A DNA stretch of 32,000 nt, from NCBI GenBank assembly GCA_025340205.1, contig CP006868.1, forward strand, positions 510,001 through 542,000, in the 5' to 3' direction. This document shows, piece by piece, positions 1-9,446 of the stretch. A program made the translations under genes and the position numbers. The notes beneath the pieces were generated by a model that saw nothing but the letters and a program-made list of their open reading frames with translations, was not told the origin of the DNA and searched no databases. Source of the DNA: Ignicoccus pacificus DSM 13166. Lineage in GTDB: Archaea > Thermoproteota > Thermoprotei_A > Sulfolobales > Ignicoccaceae. Position 1 is the stretch's first letter. Every line of letters begins with the position of its first letter.

Positions 1-85
1 CCTTCTCTCCTAGGACGTAGATCTCAGCTCTCCTGCTCCTCTCGCTGAGCGCTTTGATGTACTCTTCGGGCTTCCTTAGCCCCAT
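1..85 (-). CDS. 5' end of a CDS that runs off the window; possibly a 4-hydroxybutyryl-CoA dehydratase / HpaB-family flavoenzyme
   Basis: Manual reverse translation from the ATG at 85..83 gives MGLRKPEEYIKALSERSRRAEIYVLGEK. This resembles the N-terminal xEEYIxSLRxxxxxVYxxGEK pattern of 4-hydroxybutyryl-CoA dehydratase / 4-hydroxyphenylacetate monooxygenase family proteins. Only 28 aa are visible. A TATA-like box lies about 35 nt upstream. Confidence 0.4.
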   Translation of the reverse strand, partial: MGLRKPEEYIKALSERSRRAEIYVLGEK

Positions 86-118
86 TCCTATACACCGCTC
101 TCCCCTTACCGTTGCGAC

Positions 119-128
119 AATTTATACC
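119..128 (-). promoter_or_regulatory. TATA-box-like element for the partial CDS at 1..85
   Basis: The minus strand reads GGTATAAATT, with the TATAAA core at plus-strand positions 121..126, about 35 nt upstream of the ATG at 85. Confidence 0.4.
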
Positions 129-203
129 TATCTTTACAGTATTTACTCGTTTATATGGTAGGAGAGGGTTCCTACAAGAAGGTTCTCGAGTTAAGGCATT
201 GAG

Positions 204-213
204 AATAAAAAAG
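204..213 (-). terminator. Oligo-T terminator candidate downstream of the giant gene
   Basis: The minus strand reads CTTTTTTATT (T6 run = plus-strand A run at 207..212), about 20 nt after the TAA stop at 233..231. Archaeal termination typically occurs at oligo-T tracts. Confidence 0.4.
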
Positions 214-230
214 AGTATTATAAGAGCGGC

Positions 231-3200
231 TTAGCCTTGGTATAGCACCATCTTACATGTTAACGAGGTCAAGGATATGTTGATAGTGTTTACGTTGTTG
301 GCTTCTCCGATCAGCGGGTTCTGCGCACAACTGCAGAAGCAATTTCCGGAGTTCTGAGAGTTGGTGGGCGAGGGGGCGATTTGCACGCTCGGAGAGTTAC
401 AGTTGATACACTGTGCTCCTCCGATGAGCATGTAAAGATTACCTTGGTATTGTGCTAGAATGTCCCAACTTGTAGTTAGAGCAACGCTCATGTAATCACC
501 GTTCCTGCTTACTGTTAAGTTACCTATGGGCAGCTTCTGCCACACCAGGTTGGTATCAGGAGCCTTAGGTATCTTAGGTCTGTTGAAGAGATCCATACCA
601 CTCCACACGTCACTGAAGAGTCCAACTTGTTGATATCCCCTATCAGTTCCCTTGGCAGTACTCAAGATCACGAAACTGGCCCGCGAGCCGCTTGAAGTGC
701 TTCCCTTGAAGCCTATAGTCATTGAGTCCAGACCTACTGCATCCGTCAAGTTGGCTCCCGGAAAGAGGAAGTCCGTTCTATCATATTGGAGCAAGAAGTC
801 GCCGCTCTCGTAGAGTATTACGCCGAATCTACCTCTCATCCACGGCGAGTAGGTAGTGTTCGGATGACCTTCTTCGTCCCACCATATAGCGCTCCACTTC
901 TGTCCGTGACTGTAACCGTACTGAGCCCACGTGGCCAGATGAGCCCCTTCCCAGCCGTAGTACTGCGCGGTAGTGTTCCTACTCATATCAAAGGGACTCT
1001 CGGCTATCGCGATAGTAGCATTGGCCCCTCCGTTGCTAAATACTAGCGAACCTATTCCGGGCGTGATGCTTACGTTGGTATAATTTATTCCATAGAGCTC
1101 AAAGCTGGGCAACTGCAACGAAGCATTGCTAGGCAGTATGGAGAGCGTCACCCATGGCCAGCTGTTGTTCACTGACGCACCACTCAAGCTGGAGTAGCTT
1201 AAGGTAGTAAGGGCTCCAACAGTTCCCGGCGGGATGTAGGTTCCATTCTCGCTGACTCCCCAGAGCTGATAATTCACGGAGGTCGGCGCCTCCCTTTCCC
1301 AAGGTGGTACGTCATAGGGATCCTTACTGGCAACGTATTCCAAATACATTCCGTTGGTTTTCACCCAACTATTATTAGCGAGGGCGATCAATTTCTGAGG
1401 ATCCTTGATGCTGGTCTTCGGAACTATTAATGTTATGTTATCAATGTATACGGCACCGGCAACGTTGCTACCCGTTGTAGCACTGAAGCCCATGAACCAG
1501 TACCTAGGAATGCTAAACCCAGCCGAACCAGCTGTAGTGTTAAGCACCAACTTTCCGTCTATGAACACCAATACCTTTCCTCCACAAGTAGCAGTACTTG
1601 TCTTGAATGAGAAATCGGTTAAGCTGGGTGAGCGGTCATAATAACAATTGCCGGCCCATGTCGGATCGACGTAAATGGTAACGCTGTGCCATTTGCCATC
1701 GTTGAGGATATTGGCTAAAGGCACGCCATGGTATCCTATGTGATTGTATGGCGAGTCTTTCACCAGAGCCACATGACTGCCGGTGTTCACTTGAAGACCC
1801 TTCTCCAAAGTTAAACCGGGTATGCTGCTGACGTTATTTAAGACGTAATCGAACTCAACGGCGTAACCTGGGCTGTAACCGGCCTTGGGTCCAGCTAGAA
1901 GACCTAGGGCGCTTCCACCCATAGGTCTTACCTCCCACACGCTACTCAAATTATTGGGTGCCATTGGGTAGAATCTCTTGTAAAAGAAGAAGGCAAAGCC
2001 TTCTGGCGTTCCCTTTACCTTTACCTTGAAGTTTATAGCCCATGGTTTGTTGTTAGTTAACCATCTGATGATGTTCATCTTCTTGGGGGCAATTAGTAAC
2101 ACCGTCGCCCTATCATAATCATCTGGTACCAACCTTAGGTAGACATTACCAGTAGTGACGTTCTGTATTACTCCTATTCCTATGCTCGGAACGGTCTTCT
2201 CCTCTGGTCCAGGTTCATAGTTCTTCACAACCTCAAAGTTATTAATGTAATTGAAATCGTCATCAAAGAGCACTTTAATCTTATTCTCTTTGGCGTAGTC
2301 GGTGTAGTTAGCTGACGCACACATTTGGACCAGTCTTTGGGTGCTGATATCGGGTGATGCTTTACATATCCTCACGTTATCTATCAGCGTCGTCACGTTG
2401 TTAGGTCCTAGGTTCCCGCTGGCGGTGAAGCCTATGCTCCAGCTGGGAGGTATGTATATTCCGGCAGAGCTCCCTACATTCACCTCATTGACCTTTACGT
2501 AAAGTCCTCCTCCCTTGCAACTGTTCTCAAAATAGATTATTATGATGTAATAGCCAGGCTCATCGAAGCTGACATTGAACCTCTTGGTTTGATGGGAGGC
2601 ATAAGTCCAACCGCTTTCGACCACTCTTGGCTTCTCGGCAAATCTCCACGTGCCATCGGTCTCGTTGTAGTAAACTCTGGCGACCACTACCTCTTGTGCG
2701 TTAGTGGCACTTATAGTAAAGCTTAGCACCGTAGGCTTGTTTATCTTGATGATGCTGTAGGCTACTGAGAAGACTGGGTAGGTATTTCCTGTAGCGCTGT
2801 CCAAGTCAATCGGCGGCGGGAAGCTACTACCGCTAAGCAACGGGAACTGCCATATTCCGACAGCGTAATTGACACCATTGTAGCTATAGTTTCCTAATAA
2901 CAGCGGATAACTGTAGGGAATTCTCGTCAATGTATTCACGTATATGTCATAACCATAGTTGAGATAGTATTGGGCATTTGCTGGCGAGTCGTAGAGCAAG
3001 TAGTAGGATGCGTCGGTGGGGATTAATCCAAAGTAGGGACCCGCTTTAATGAACTGCTTTACAGTAGCATTGTAGTAGACGTAACTGTAGGGGTTTGGTA
3101 TCCCTTGAGGCAACACCGCTTCCTCGCTTCCTAAGAACCAAGCGCTTCCGAGAGGTAGCACTATTCCTTGTGGATAGCTGTACAGGTACTCCAGTATCTG

Positions 3201-6200
3201 TCCATTTGCATAGACGGTTCCTTGGGGAGTATTGAGTACCAACGAGCCATTAATGAAGGGGACGAATTCGTTAAACGCTAACGAAGTTATTATCTGAGGG
3301 AAGGTGTTGTTACCTACTGTTATGTTCCAGACAGCTAGGCTAGGTTCGTTGGCTATTTCGTAAACGTTAGTATAGTACCAAGTAGCACCGTTGTTAAAGT
3401 AGTTCGATATGTTCTCCATAGGCGGTCTTAGCATCTCCACCACGTCATCTCCGGGTTTGACGTTAGGTAACGTCCAGTTCGCTGGGCTTGGAGTGAGCAA
3501 AGGTGATACACTGAAATCACAAGTCTTTATATTCTTGTCAATGAACATCCTAACAATCCAAGGTATCATACCCTTACCGTTGTACACGTCAACACTCACG
3601 TAATCGGGATATCCGGTATCGGCCCACAGCACTATTATCCTATATTTTCCAGGTTTAACGTTGAGCGGTATCAAGTAGTTAGGTACGTTCTTAGCCACTA
3701 CAGATGCATTTAAAAGCACAACGGGCTTGCCCCAAGTTCCTCCAACTGGCTTATATTGATACCATACGACTATACTGTTCCCTCCGCTCACTTGGAGAAA
3801 TATCGTTCCTTGTCCGCTCACTCCGAAGGTTCCGGTTATTAGACCTACCGTAGAATTACTCGAGCCCGTGTCTAGACCAGTCCATATTACGTTGTTGCTA
3901 GAAGCGTAAACTGGCGGCAGCAACTGGAGGTTCTGTACGATCTTTTGTTTCTCACAGTAGTACTGTGGTCTCTTGTGGCACGTGCAGTTGTGAACGTGAA
4001 CGTAATAGCAGTAATATTCGGTATAGGAGTTTGTCGTCTCAACGCTCGGCGAGAAGAGCCAGCTCCTGTTTGGTCCATTGAAGACCGTTACGCCGACGTT
4101 AGGAGCTGTCGTCAGACTTAAGGCGCTCGAAAACTTAGGCGTCGTCGTTATTGGGTAACTGCTGATCACTGAGACCTTTGTACTATTTCTTACCAAGTTT
4201 CCTAAGCTTAGAGGAACGGGGCTGAGGGTGCTTGAGAACGGCAGTGTGAAGCTGGTTGTTCCGTTACTAACCGTAGGAGATAGGGTGACGGGCGTCAAGG
4301 CTGGTAGTGAACTATTGCTCTTAAAGACGATGACGCTCCACGTTACAGCTGTTCCATTGGGGAAGTACTCTAATATATCGCTCCCTATGGCCTCACCCCC
4401 GGAGTAGGTCTGTCCAGTAAAGTCCTTCTGCAACACTATGCCCTTGATCCTTCCCGTAACGTTATCGGTCTCGTATGCCGTTATGTTTATCTCTTGAGCA
4501 TAATAGCTTCCCTTTACAAGCTTTGGTTCCTTCGGCTCCACGACCACACATATTCTGTGCCATCTGTTGAGTAGATAGCTGTAGTTAGTTACATTACTCG
4601 CGATGACCTCGCCCGGCAACCAGTTCGTGAACATGTTTCTGTAAAGTAGGGCGAAGTGAGGTGCCGGCGGCTCGTTGTCTAGGTAGAAGTCATTAGTCCC
4701 ATCAAATTGAGCCAACGGCGTGTACTTAGTATCTATTTCAAGACCAAAGCCCGAGCTATCGCCGGTCCCGAAGAAGCCCATTATCGGTCCGGCTCCTGGA
4801 AGGTAGTTGAAGCTCTTGTAGAAGCTCATCACCATACCCTCTCCTGGTCCTCTGTAAACGCTCGTTCCGCTGTAGTTACCGTTAGTTGCAAGCATGACGT
4901 CGTAACAAATAACCCATCTGTCCATCAGCTGCGGTCTAAGCTTTTCCATTACGTCTTCGCTTAAGTAAACGCCTCCTTTAGTTATCATCAGCTCCATGTC
5001 TCCTGTGTCATTCCCTAATATTGGGTAATCTTTACTCTTTAAGTAGCTGTCCAAGTCTTCAACATATATGTTGCTCTTAGGTAGCACACCCCACTTACCG
5101 CTGAGTATCATGGCTTGAGCGTTGTACATACCTCTGCTTAGAGTGTTATTACCGTATTCTTGGAAGTTCTCGCTAAGTGGTATATTAAGAAGTGTCGCTG
5201 GCTGTTCCCCATGCAGATTAACGCTAGTGAGAGGACAACTGGCTTGGTCTTGCACGGTGGCATTATAACATCCCCTCTCAAGAGGGGCGTAGTAGATTGT
5301 GTAATTTCCTTGGGGTGGGGCGATGTAGTTTGATGGCACCTTCACCTCTACTGGAGCGTTGCCGTTTAATACTCCCCCGAGTTCATTCCACATCTCCAGT
5401 GGCCAGTACTTTACATAAATCGCCACCCCTCCCTTTATCATCTCACCAGGTTGTACTTCGAAAGGCACGTCTACAGTAACCCATCCAGCAGCGTTGCCAT
5501 AACCATATGAGCTAAGCAAGGGCTTGCTCAATACGCCATCTCCGCCATCACCGAACTTAAAGATCAAGTAACCAGTATCGATGTTGTCGTGGAAGTATAT
5601 AGTTAATACATGATGTCCTTGCCTTACGTTTATAGCTATCTCTTTGCTGTACTCAATTGGAAGCGTTTTGCTTGTCTTCACTAGTTCATACCCAAACCTT
5701 CCTTCCACACCAAATGGGATCAGAGGCCTTATCCTAAGCTCATCTATCCAATATGGGTAGTCACCTCTCACGACAATTTTGTCGAAGACCGAGTTCGGTG
5801 AGATAGATAGCTGGGCTCCTAGCTTAGCGGTCGTTGGTCCATCGACGAAGTACTGGAGACTCATAGGAGTTATTGTAAACTTATTGTAGTACCACTCACC
5901 TATCATTACTTGCATGGGTCCTTCGACTATCGTGCTACTTGTAAAGGACGGCATGAAGCTCCTCCTCAATATAGAGATTGAACCACTTCCTGTGAGGTTG
6001 AGTACGGCGTCGAATTCATGGGTTTCATTTCCAAGGCCCACGCTGACCACGTTGGGACTATTGGGCATTATCGAGAAGTATTCCAAGACCAGACCGTTAC
6101 CTAAAGTTAGAATCTTCGATGGCCACTTTATATAGTGAAGGTGAACGGTAGGAGCGTAGACCCTTATTCTAATCCACTTTATTCCGACCTTGGTCGCTCC

Positions 6201-9200
6201 TGAATCCGTATCTCCATGAAGGATTAACGTTACGTAGCTACCGAACTTCGGAAGAGCTAGGGACGCTGGAACACTATAATCGAAATGTGGACTCTCTAAC
6301 AGCGAGCTGTAGCTATAATCCTCATAAAACTTGATCGCTGTCCCATTGAATATTACTTTAAAGTATCTTGGATAGAGTGGGTTTATCCTCTCACTAACTC
6401 CATATTTCGTTGAAAGAGTTCCATTACCGATGCCGTACTTCAGCACCCAGACGGGTTGTTCTGTCCCAACGTCACTAACGAGAGCGAGACCCACATAGCT
6501 CTTGTAGATGTCCGGAAGGGTCGTGTTGTCTAGATACGTCACGTTGGTCAGTATCAATCCTAAGTCATGATCCCCGCTTCTGGACGTCCCATTGCCCCAT
6601 GCCAATCCCTCTATAACAATAGGATGTGAAGATATGAAGGACGTAGGTATTGGGTTAGAATAGGCTAATGCTGCCTCGTAGCTATACTTGAACGGATTCC
6701 AGCTCACGTTCCACCAATCGTTCCAGTTACCCCAAGCTAGCAGTGCTCCGTCTACGTCATAGTTCGGCGGAGCAGTTAGGGTCTCGTTTCCTCGTAGGAA
6801 TAGCCATTCCCAATTGCCGAGACTTTGAGAGAAGTCGGTGTACATATAAAAGACATCGCTTGGATCCGCTACGTTGCTTGTGTTGGATACGCTTATGTTT
6901 AATATTATTGATTGTTTAGGAGCCAAGTACAGTCTTACCCATATGTAACCGTCACTCCTTGTGTAATCGGTTGTACACGCTCCGCTGAGCGTTTCATAAC
7001 AGAAGCTCACTGAGGTATAGTTAGGACTACTCACGTAGAGTGGTTTTCCTACAAAGGGTGTTTTGATCCTTATTGCCACCCCGTCACTGTAGTCAACGGT
7101 CCCAGCGTTTGTCACGTTAACGATCACGTAGCCACTGTCGGCTTGATCCGCGGGAATTTCCAGATACCCTCCAGCAGGATCGTTAGCTCCTAGAGGGAGA
7201 GAGCCGGGTATAACGGTCTTCTCAACGGCGCTCCTCCCGTAGAGGGAGGTCGTGAAGCTCGGCACTATGACTGTTCCGTAGTCGTACCCCAGAGCAGTCA
7301 ATGGTGGCTCCAAGGTTCTCCATCCCATATCGTTCATGAAGCTATCATAGTAGTAGAACACCTCTCCCGGTTCGCTGGCACCATTCGTACCTACCTTGAC
7401 CAAGAACTTGTTACTCCCACTTGTAAGGTTTGTCTTAATCCATATTGCTACGTCATTTGAAGAAGGAGATGAACTGCAAGCACCGTAGACGCCTAGCTGG
7501 CCCACCACGTTAGCCTCTTCGTAACAGAAGGGTATCTTAGTACCGTTCTCAGTATAGATGCTAATTGGCTTTCCTATGAGCTCTGGGGGGAGCTTTATCC
7601 TGATAATTTGGTCTTGTAAGACGCTAGGTGAGGTCACACTAATATACCAGCTCTTTACTAGTTCAGTTACGTTACTCTCTTCATTCCAGTTTGTGTAAAC
7701 GGGATTACTATCAAGGAACACCTTGACTCCCGTACCGTAAACGTTTAGCTTGAGGAACACTGTACCATTTATCAGAGCGTTAAACGGTATTTTGATAACT
7801 CCGTATGCGTTACTCCCGCTCAGCGCGGGGTCCATGTACTTTATTACGTGATCGGCCGTGATGTTGGTTGAGTCCCCACCATAGCTAGCACCTATCAACG
7901 CCACTGTATCTCCGGGTTTGAATGACGTCGTTGAGTTCGCATAGGGAAGGGAGGCCGGGAAGTAGGTGGGACTATAGGGCTCTAGAGTGCCCGTGTTCGT
8001 GTACAGCAAGTAAGTCATGTTTAGTATTACTGAAGGTACGAAGAGACCCCAGTGGTCACTTAGGCTAAAGGGAGCATTGGAGAGCTTATTACAATCGCTT
8101 CCATAACATATGTAGACTTCCGGTACCATGTTATTATCCTTATCTTGAAGTACGATACTATATCCAAGTGGGTTTCTGAATGTTAAGGAGCTAACATTAG
8201 AGTATATAGTTCCACTAGCCGTAGGATAAGGAACCAAGCTCTGATCGAGCTGAGTTAAGGGACTGATAGCTGGTGTAAAACTCCACTTAACTAACGTCTT
8301 TTGCCCCGTCTCCGGGTTCTCTACCCATGCCATTATACCGTAGATGTACGCACATCTAAATCCTCCAGGTCCACAAGTTTCTTTAAAGAATTCTATTCTT
8401 TTCTGTAAATTAGGGTCGTTCGCGTATACTTCCTTTAAGTAATTTATAGGGAAGCTCTTACCGTCCGCAGCGTCTTCTAGCGCTAATTCGGTAGCGTTGA
8501 CCGGTATGACCACCGGAAAGTCCTTTCTGGTTGTCTGAGACAGCACTTCAAAAGGAATAAAGAACACAGCAGTCCTGCCGTCCGGAGGAGGCGGCGCGTT
8601 TCCGCTGAGGAAGCTGGCCGCAAAGGATATCCACTGAGTCACGCTGAGTCCAGAGACCTTACACGTGCAGTTACATTTACTCGTACTTTGAGTGCCTTGA
8701 AGGATCAAGTTCTGGGCTGACAGGGTGCCCGTCGAGTTCGCTATGGTTAATCTGCATGGCGCTAGAGAAACGGTGCTATCCGGCGTGCTTACCTTCACAT
8801 CTATTACTTTTATCCTCTTAACTACCGGGGTGCTCTGCTGAAGGGCGAACTGTATCAAAGCTATCGCGTACATACCCGTGTTGGTGTTATTGTTTACCGC
8901 TACTTCCCATCCTTCCTTCTCCGCTCCTTCAAGTAAAGTCTGGAATGGTGGTGACCTCTCAGTTGTAGGTAGCAAGAGCTTGAACCCTGCAACTGCGCTC
9001 TTGCCTGTAATCGGATCTATCAAGGCTAATTGACTGAAGGTACTGGTGGGTGTGAGCACTACTTGAGTTATTGTTTTGGCACCGCTTTCGAAAGTTACAT
9101 TTAAGGTAAGTGTTATTGCCACCATTATTGTATCTGGTAGCTTCACCCCGCCTTTGTATATTAAGCTGAGCAAGCTAGCTGAGGGGAGTGCCGGCACTTG

Positions 9201-9422
9201 GACATCTTGCGAGGTACATGCACAAAGCCCACTTGCTAAAAGAGATGCTTGTAAGGCCGCACTCGCTTGACTGTTCGCTTGGATACCCTCCATCCTTACC
9301 TCTTGTTGCCTATTTATGAGGTTGACAACCATCATTATGGCTAAGAATAGTAGGATCATCATTATGAAGGCACCTATGACCATTCCGATTCCTCCGCGGC
9401 GAAGGTTCTGAATCACTCTCAC
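231..9422 (-). CDS. Giant (3063 aa) secreted or cell-surface glycoprotein with a prepilin-like (class III) N-terminus, DUF2341-like modules, L-type-lectin / ConA-like jelly-roll modules and Cys clusters; putative adhesin
   Basis: An uninterrupted 9.2-kb ORF with a GTG start. The N-terminus MRVIQNLRRGG followed by IGMVIGAFIMMILLFLAIMMVV is a charged segment plus Gly plus a roughly 25-aa hydrophobic helix. Dozens of N-x-S/T sequons are present. Lectin hallmarks are EGFAFFF, GYAVEFDY..N, DGKWHSVTIYVD, YWFMGFSATTGS and IDNITL. The gene has its own TATA box and an oligo-T terminator. Confidence 0.9.
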   Translation of the reverse strand: MRVIQNLRRGGIGMVIGAFIMMILLFLAIMMVVNLINRQQEVRMEGIQANSQASAALQASLLASGLCACTSQDVQVPALPSASLLSLIYKGGVKLPDTIMVAITLTLNVTFESGAKTITQVVLTPTSTFSQLALIDPITGKSAVAGFKLLLPTTERSPPFQTLLEGAEKEGWEVAVNNNTNTGMYAIALIQFALQQSTPVVKRIKVIDVKVSTPDSTVSLAPCRLTIANSTGTLSAQNLILQGTQSTSKCNCTCKVSGLSVTQWISFAASFLSGNAPPPPDGRTAVFFIPFEVLSQTTRKDFPVVIPVNATELALEDAADGKSFPINYLKEVYANDPNLQKRIEFFKETCGPGGFRCAYIYGIMAWVENPETGQKTLVKWSFTPAISPLTQLDQSLVPYPTASGTIYSNVSSLTFRNPLGYSIVLQDKDNNMVPEVYICYGSDCNKLSNAPFSLSDHWGLFVPSVILNMTYLLYTNTGTLEPYSPTYFPASLPYANSTTSFKPGDTVALIGASYGGDSTNITADHVIKYMDPALSGSNAYGVIKIPFNALINGTVFLKLNVYGTGVKVFLDSNPVYTNWNEESNVTELVKSWYISVTSPSVLQDQIIRIKLPPELIGKPISIYTENGTKIPFCYEEANVVGQLGVYGACSSSPSSNDVAIWIKTNLTSGSNKFLVKVGTNGASEPGEVFYYYDSFMNDMGWRTLEPPLTALGYDYGTVIVPSFTTSLYGRSAVEKTVIPGSLPLGANDPAGGYLEIPADQADSGYVIVNVTNAGTVDYSDGVAIRIKTPFVGKPLYVSSPNYTSVSFCYETLSGACTTDYTRSDGYIWVRLYLAPKQSIILNISVSNTSNVADPSDVFYMYTDFSQSLGNWEWLFLRGNETLTAPPNYDVDGALLAWGNWNDWWNVSWNPFKYSYEAALAYSNPIPTSFISSHPIVIEGLAWGNGTSRSGDHDLGLILTNVTYLDNTTLPDIYKSYVGLALVSDVGTEQPVWVLKYGIGNGTLSTKYGVSERINPLYPRYFKVIFNGTAIKFYEDYSYSSLLESPHFDYSVPASLALPKFGSYVTLILHGDTDSGATKVGIKWIRIRVYAPTVHLHYIKWPSKILTLGNGLVLEYFSIMPNSPNVVSVGLGNETHEFDAVLNLTGSGSISILRRSFMPSFTSSTIVEGPMQVMIGEWYYNKFTITPMSLQYFVDGPTTAKLGAQLSISPNSVFDKIVVRGDYPYWIDELRIRPLIPFGVEGRFGYELVKTSKTLPIEYSKEIAINVRQGHHVLTIYFHDNIDTGYLIFKFGDGGDGVLSKPLLSSYGYGNAAGWVTVDVPFEVQPGEMIKGGVAIYVKYWPLEMWNELGGVLNGNAPVEVKVPSNYIAPPQGNYTIYYAPLERGCYNATVQDQASCPLTSVNLHGEQPATLLNIPLSENFQEYGNNTLSRGMYNAQAMILSGKWGVLPKSNIYVEDLDSYLKSKDYPILGNDTGDMELMITKGGVYLSEDVMEKLRPQLMDRWVICYDVMLATNGNYSGTSVYRGPGEGMVMSFYKSFNYLPGAGPIMGFFGTGDSSGFGLEIDTKYTPLAQFDGTNDFYLDNEPPAPHFALLYRNMFTNWLPGEVIASNVTNYSYLLNRWHRICVVVEPKEPKLVKGSYYAQEINITAYETDNVTGRIKGIVLQKDFTGQTYSGGEAIGSDILEYFPNGTAVTWSVIVFKSNSSLPALTPVTLSPTVSNGTTSFTLPFSSTLSPVPLSLGNLVRNSTKVSVISSYPITTTPKFSSALSLTTAPNVGVTVFNGPNRSWLFSPSVETTNSYTEYYCYYVHVHNCTCHKRPQYYCEKQKIVQNLQLLPPVYASSNNVIWTGLDTGSSNSTVGLITGTFGVSGQGTIFLQVSGGNSIVVWYQYKPVGGTWGKPVVLLNASVVAKNVPNYLIPLNVKPGKYRIIVLWADTGYPDYVSVDVYNGKGMIPWIVRMFIDKNIKTCDFSVSPLLTPSPANWTLPNVKPGDDVVEMLRPPMENISNYFNNGATWYYTNVYEIANEPSLAVWNITVGNNTFPQIITSLAFNEFVPFINGSLVLNTPQGTVYANGQILEYLYSYPQGIVLPLGSAWFLGSEEAVLPQGIPNPYSYVYYNATVKQFIKAGPYFGLIPTDASYYLLYDSPANAQYYLNYGYDIYVNTLTRIPYSYPLLLGNYSYNGVNYAVGIWQFPLLSGSSFPPPIDLDSATGNTYPVFSVAYSIIKINKPTVLSFTISATNAQEVVVARVYYNETDGTWRFAEKPRVVESGWTYASHQTKRFNVSFDEPGYYIIIIYFENSCKGGGLYVKVNEVNVGSSAGIYIPPSWSIGFTASGNLGPNNVTTLIDNVRICKASPDISTQRLVQMCASANYTDYAKENKIKVLFDDDFNYINNFEVVKNYEPGPEEKTVPSIGIGVIQNVTTGNVYLRLVPDDYDRATVLLIAPKKMNIIRWLTNNKPWAINFKVKVKGTPEGFAFFFYKRFYPMAPNNLSSVWEVRPMGGSALGLLAGPKAGYSPGYAVEFDYVLNNVSSIPGLTLEKGLQVNTGSHVALVKDSPYNHIGYHGVPLANILNDGKWHSVTIYVDPTWAGNCYYDRSPSLTDFSFKTSTATCGGKVLVFIDGKLVLNTTAGSAGFSIPRYWFMGFSATTGSNVAGAVYIDNITLIVPKTSIKDPQKLIALANNSWVKTNGMYLEYVASKDPYDVPPWEREAPTSVNYQLWGVSENGTYIPPGTVGALTTLSYSSLSGASVNNSWPWVTLSILPSNASLQLPSFELYGINYTNVSITPGIGSLVFSNGGANATIAIAESPFDMSRNTTAQYYGWEGAHLATWAQYGYSHGQKWSAIWWDEEGHPNTTYSPWMRGRFGVILYESGDFLLQYDRTDFLFPGANLTDAVGLDSMTIGFKGSTSSGSRASFVILSTAKGTDRGYQQVGLFSDVWSGMDLFNRPKIPKAPDTNLVWQKLPIGNLTVSRNGDYMSVALTTSWDILAQYQGNLYMLIGGAQCINCNSPSVQIAPSPTNSQNSGNCFCSCAQNPLIGEANNVNTINISLTSLTCKMVLYQG
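1419..2270 (-). other. L-type (legume-like) lectin / ConA-like domain, aa ~2385-2668 of the giant protein
   Basis: The ordered motifs PEGFAFFFY, GSALGLL, GYAVEFDYVLNN, GSHVALV, DGKWHSVTIYVD, FMGFSATTGS and YIDNITL match the canonical order of legume-lectin-fold motifs (dGlAFfl, lavEFDt.N, nHvgid, W..v.I.Y, vGFSAsTG). Confidence 0.55.
4503..4925 (-). other. Second ConA-like/lectin-like module, aa ~1500-1640 of the giant protein
   Basis: Motifs MGFFGTGDSSGFGLEIDTKY, DNEPPAPHFALLY and LNRWHRICVVVEP have the same motif logic as the C-terminal lectin-like domain but are more divergent. Confidence 0.4.
6813..7160 (-). repeat. DUF2341-like module, copy 2 (protein-level tandem duplication, aa ~755-870)
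   Basis: The segment GVAIRIKTPFVGKPLYVSSPNYTSVSFCYET...DGYIWVRLYLAPKQSIILNISVSNTSNVADPSDVFYMYTDF is parallel to copy 1. Confidence 0.5.
7323..7670 (-). repeat. DUF2341-like module, copy 1 (aa ~585-700)
   Basis: The segment QIIRIKLPPELIGKPISIYTENGTKIPFCYEE...DVAIWIKTNLTSGSNKFLVKVGTNGASEPGEVFYYYDSF follows the DUF2341 pattern (x.i.v.., dg..lpy.iE.., vWVkv..l.ag.n.fy.yyGn..a......vF). Confidence 0.5.
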
Positions 9423-9446
9423 CGAGCAGATCGGAAGAAAACCAGC

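Noticed and set aside
786-9270. Plus-strand ORFs of 60-86 aa inside the giant gene (786..1046, 1405..1641, 3409..3603, 4707..4964, 5297..5479, 5914..6135, 9076..9270) and the minus-strand alternative frame at 3887..4078.
   Set aside because: All lie entirely within the uninterrupted 9.2-kb minus-strand ORF. They have low-complexity or random-looking translations and no start context, so they are antisense or off-frame shadow ORFs.
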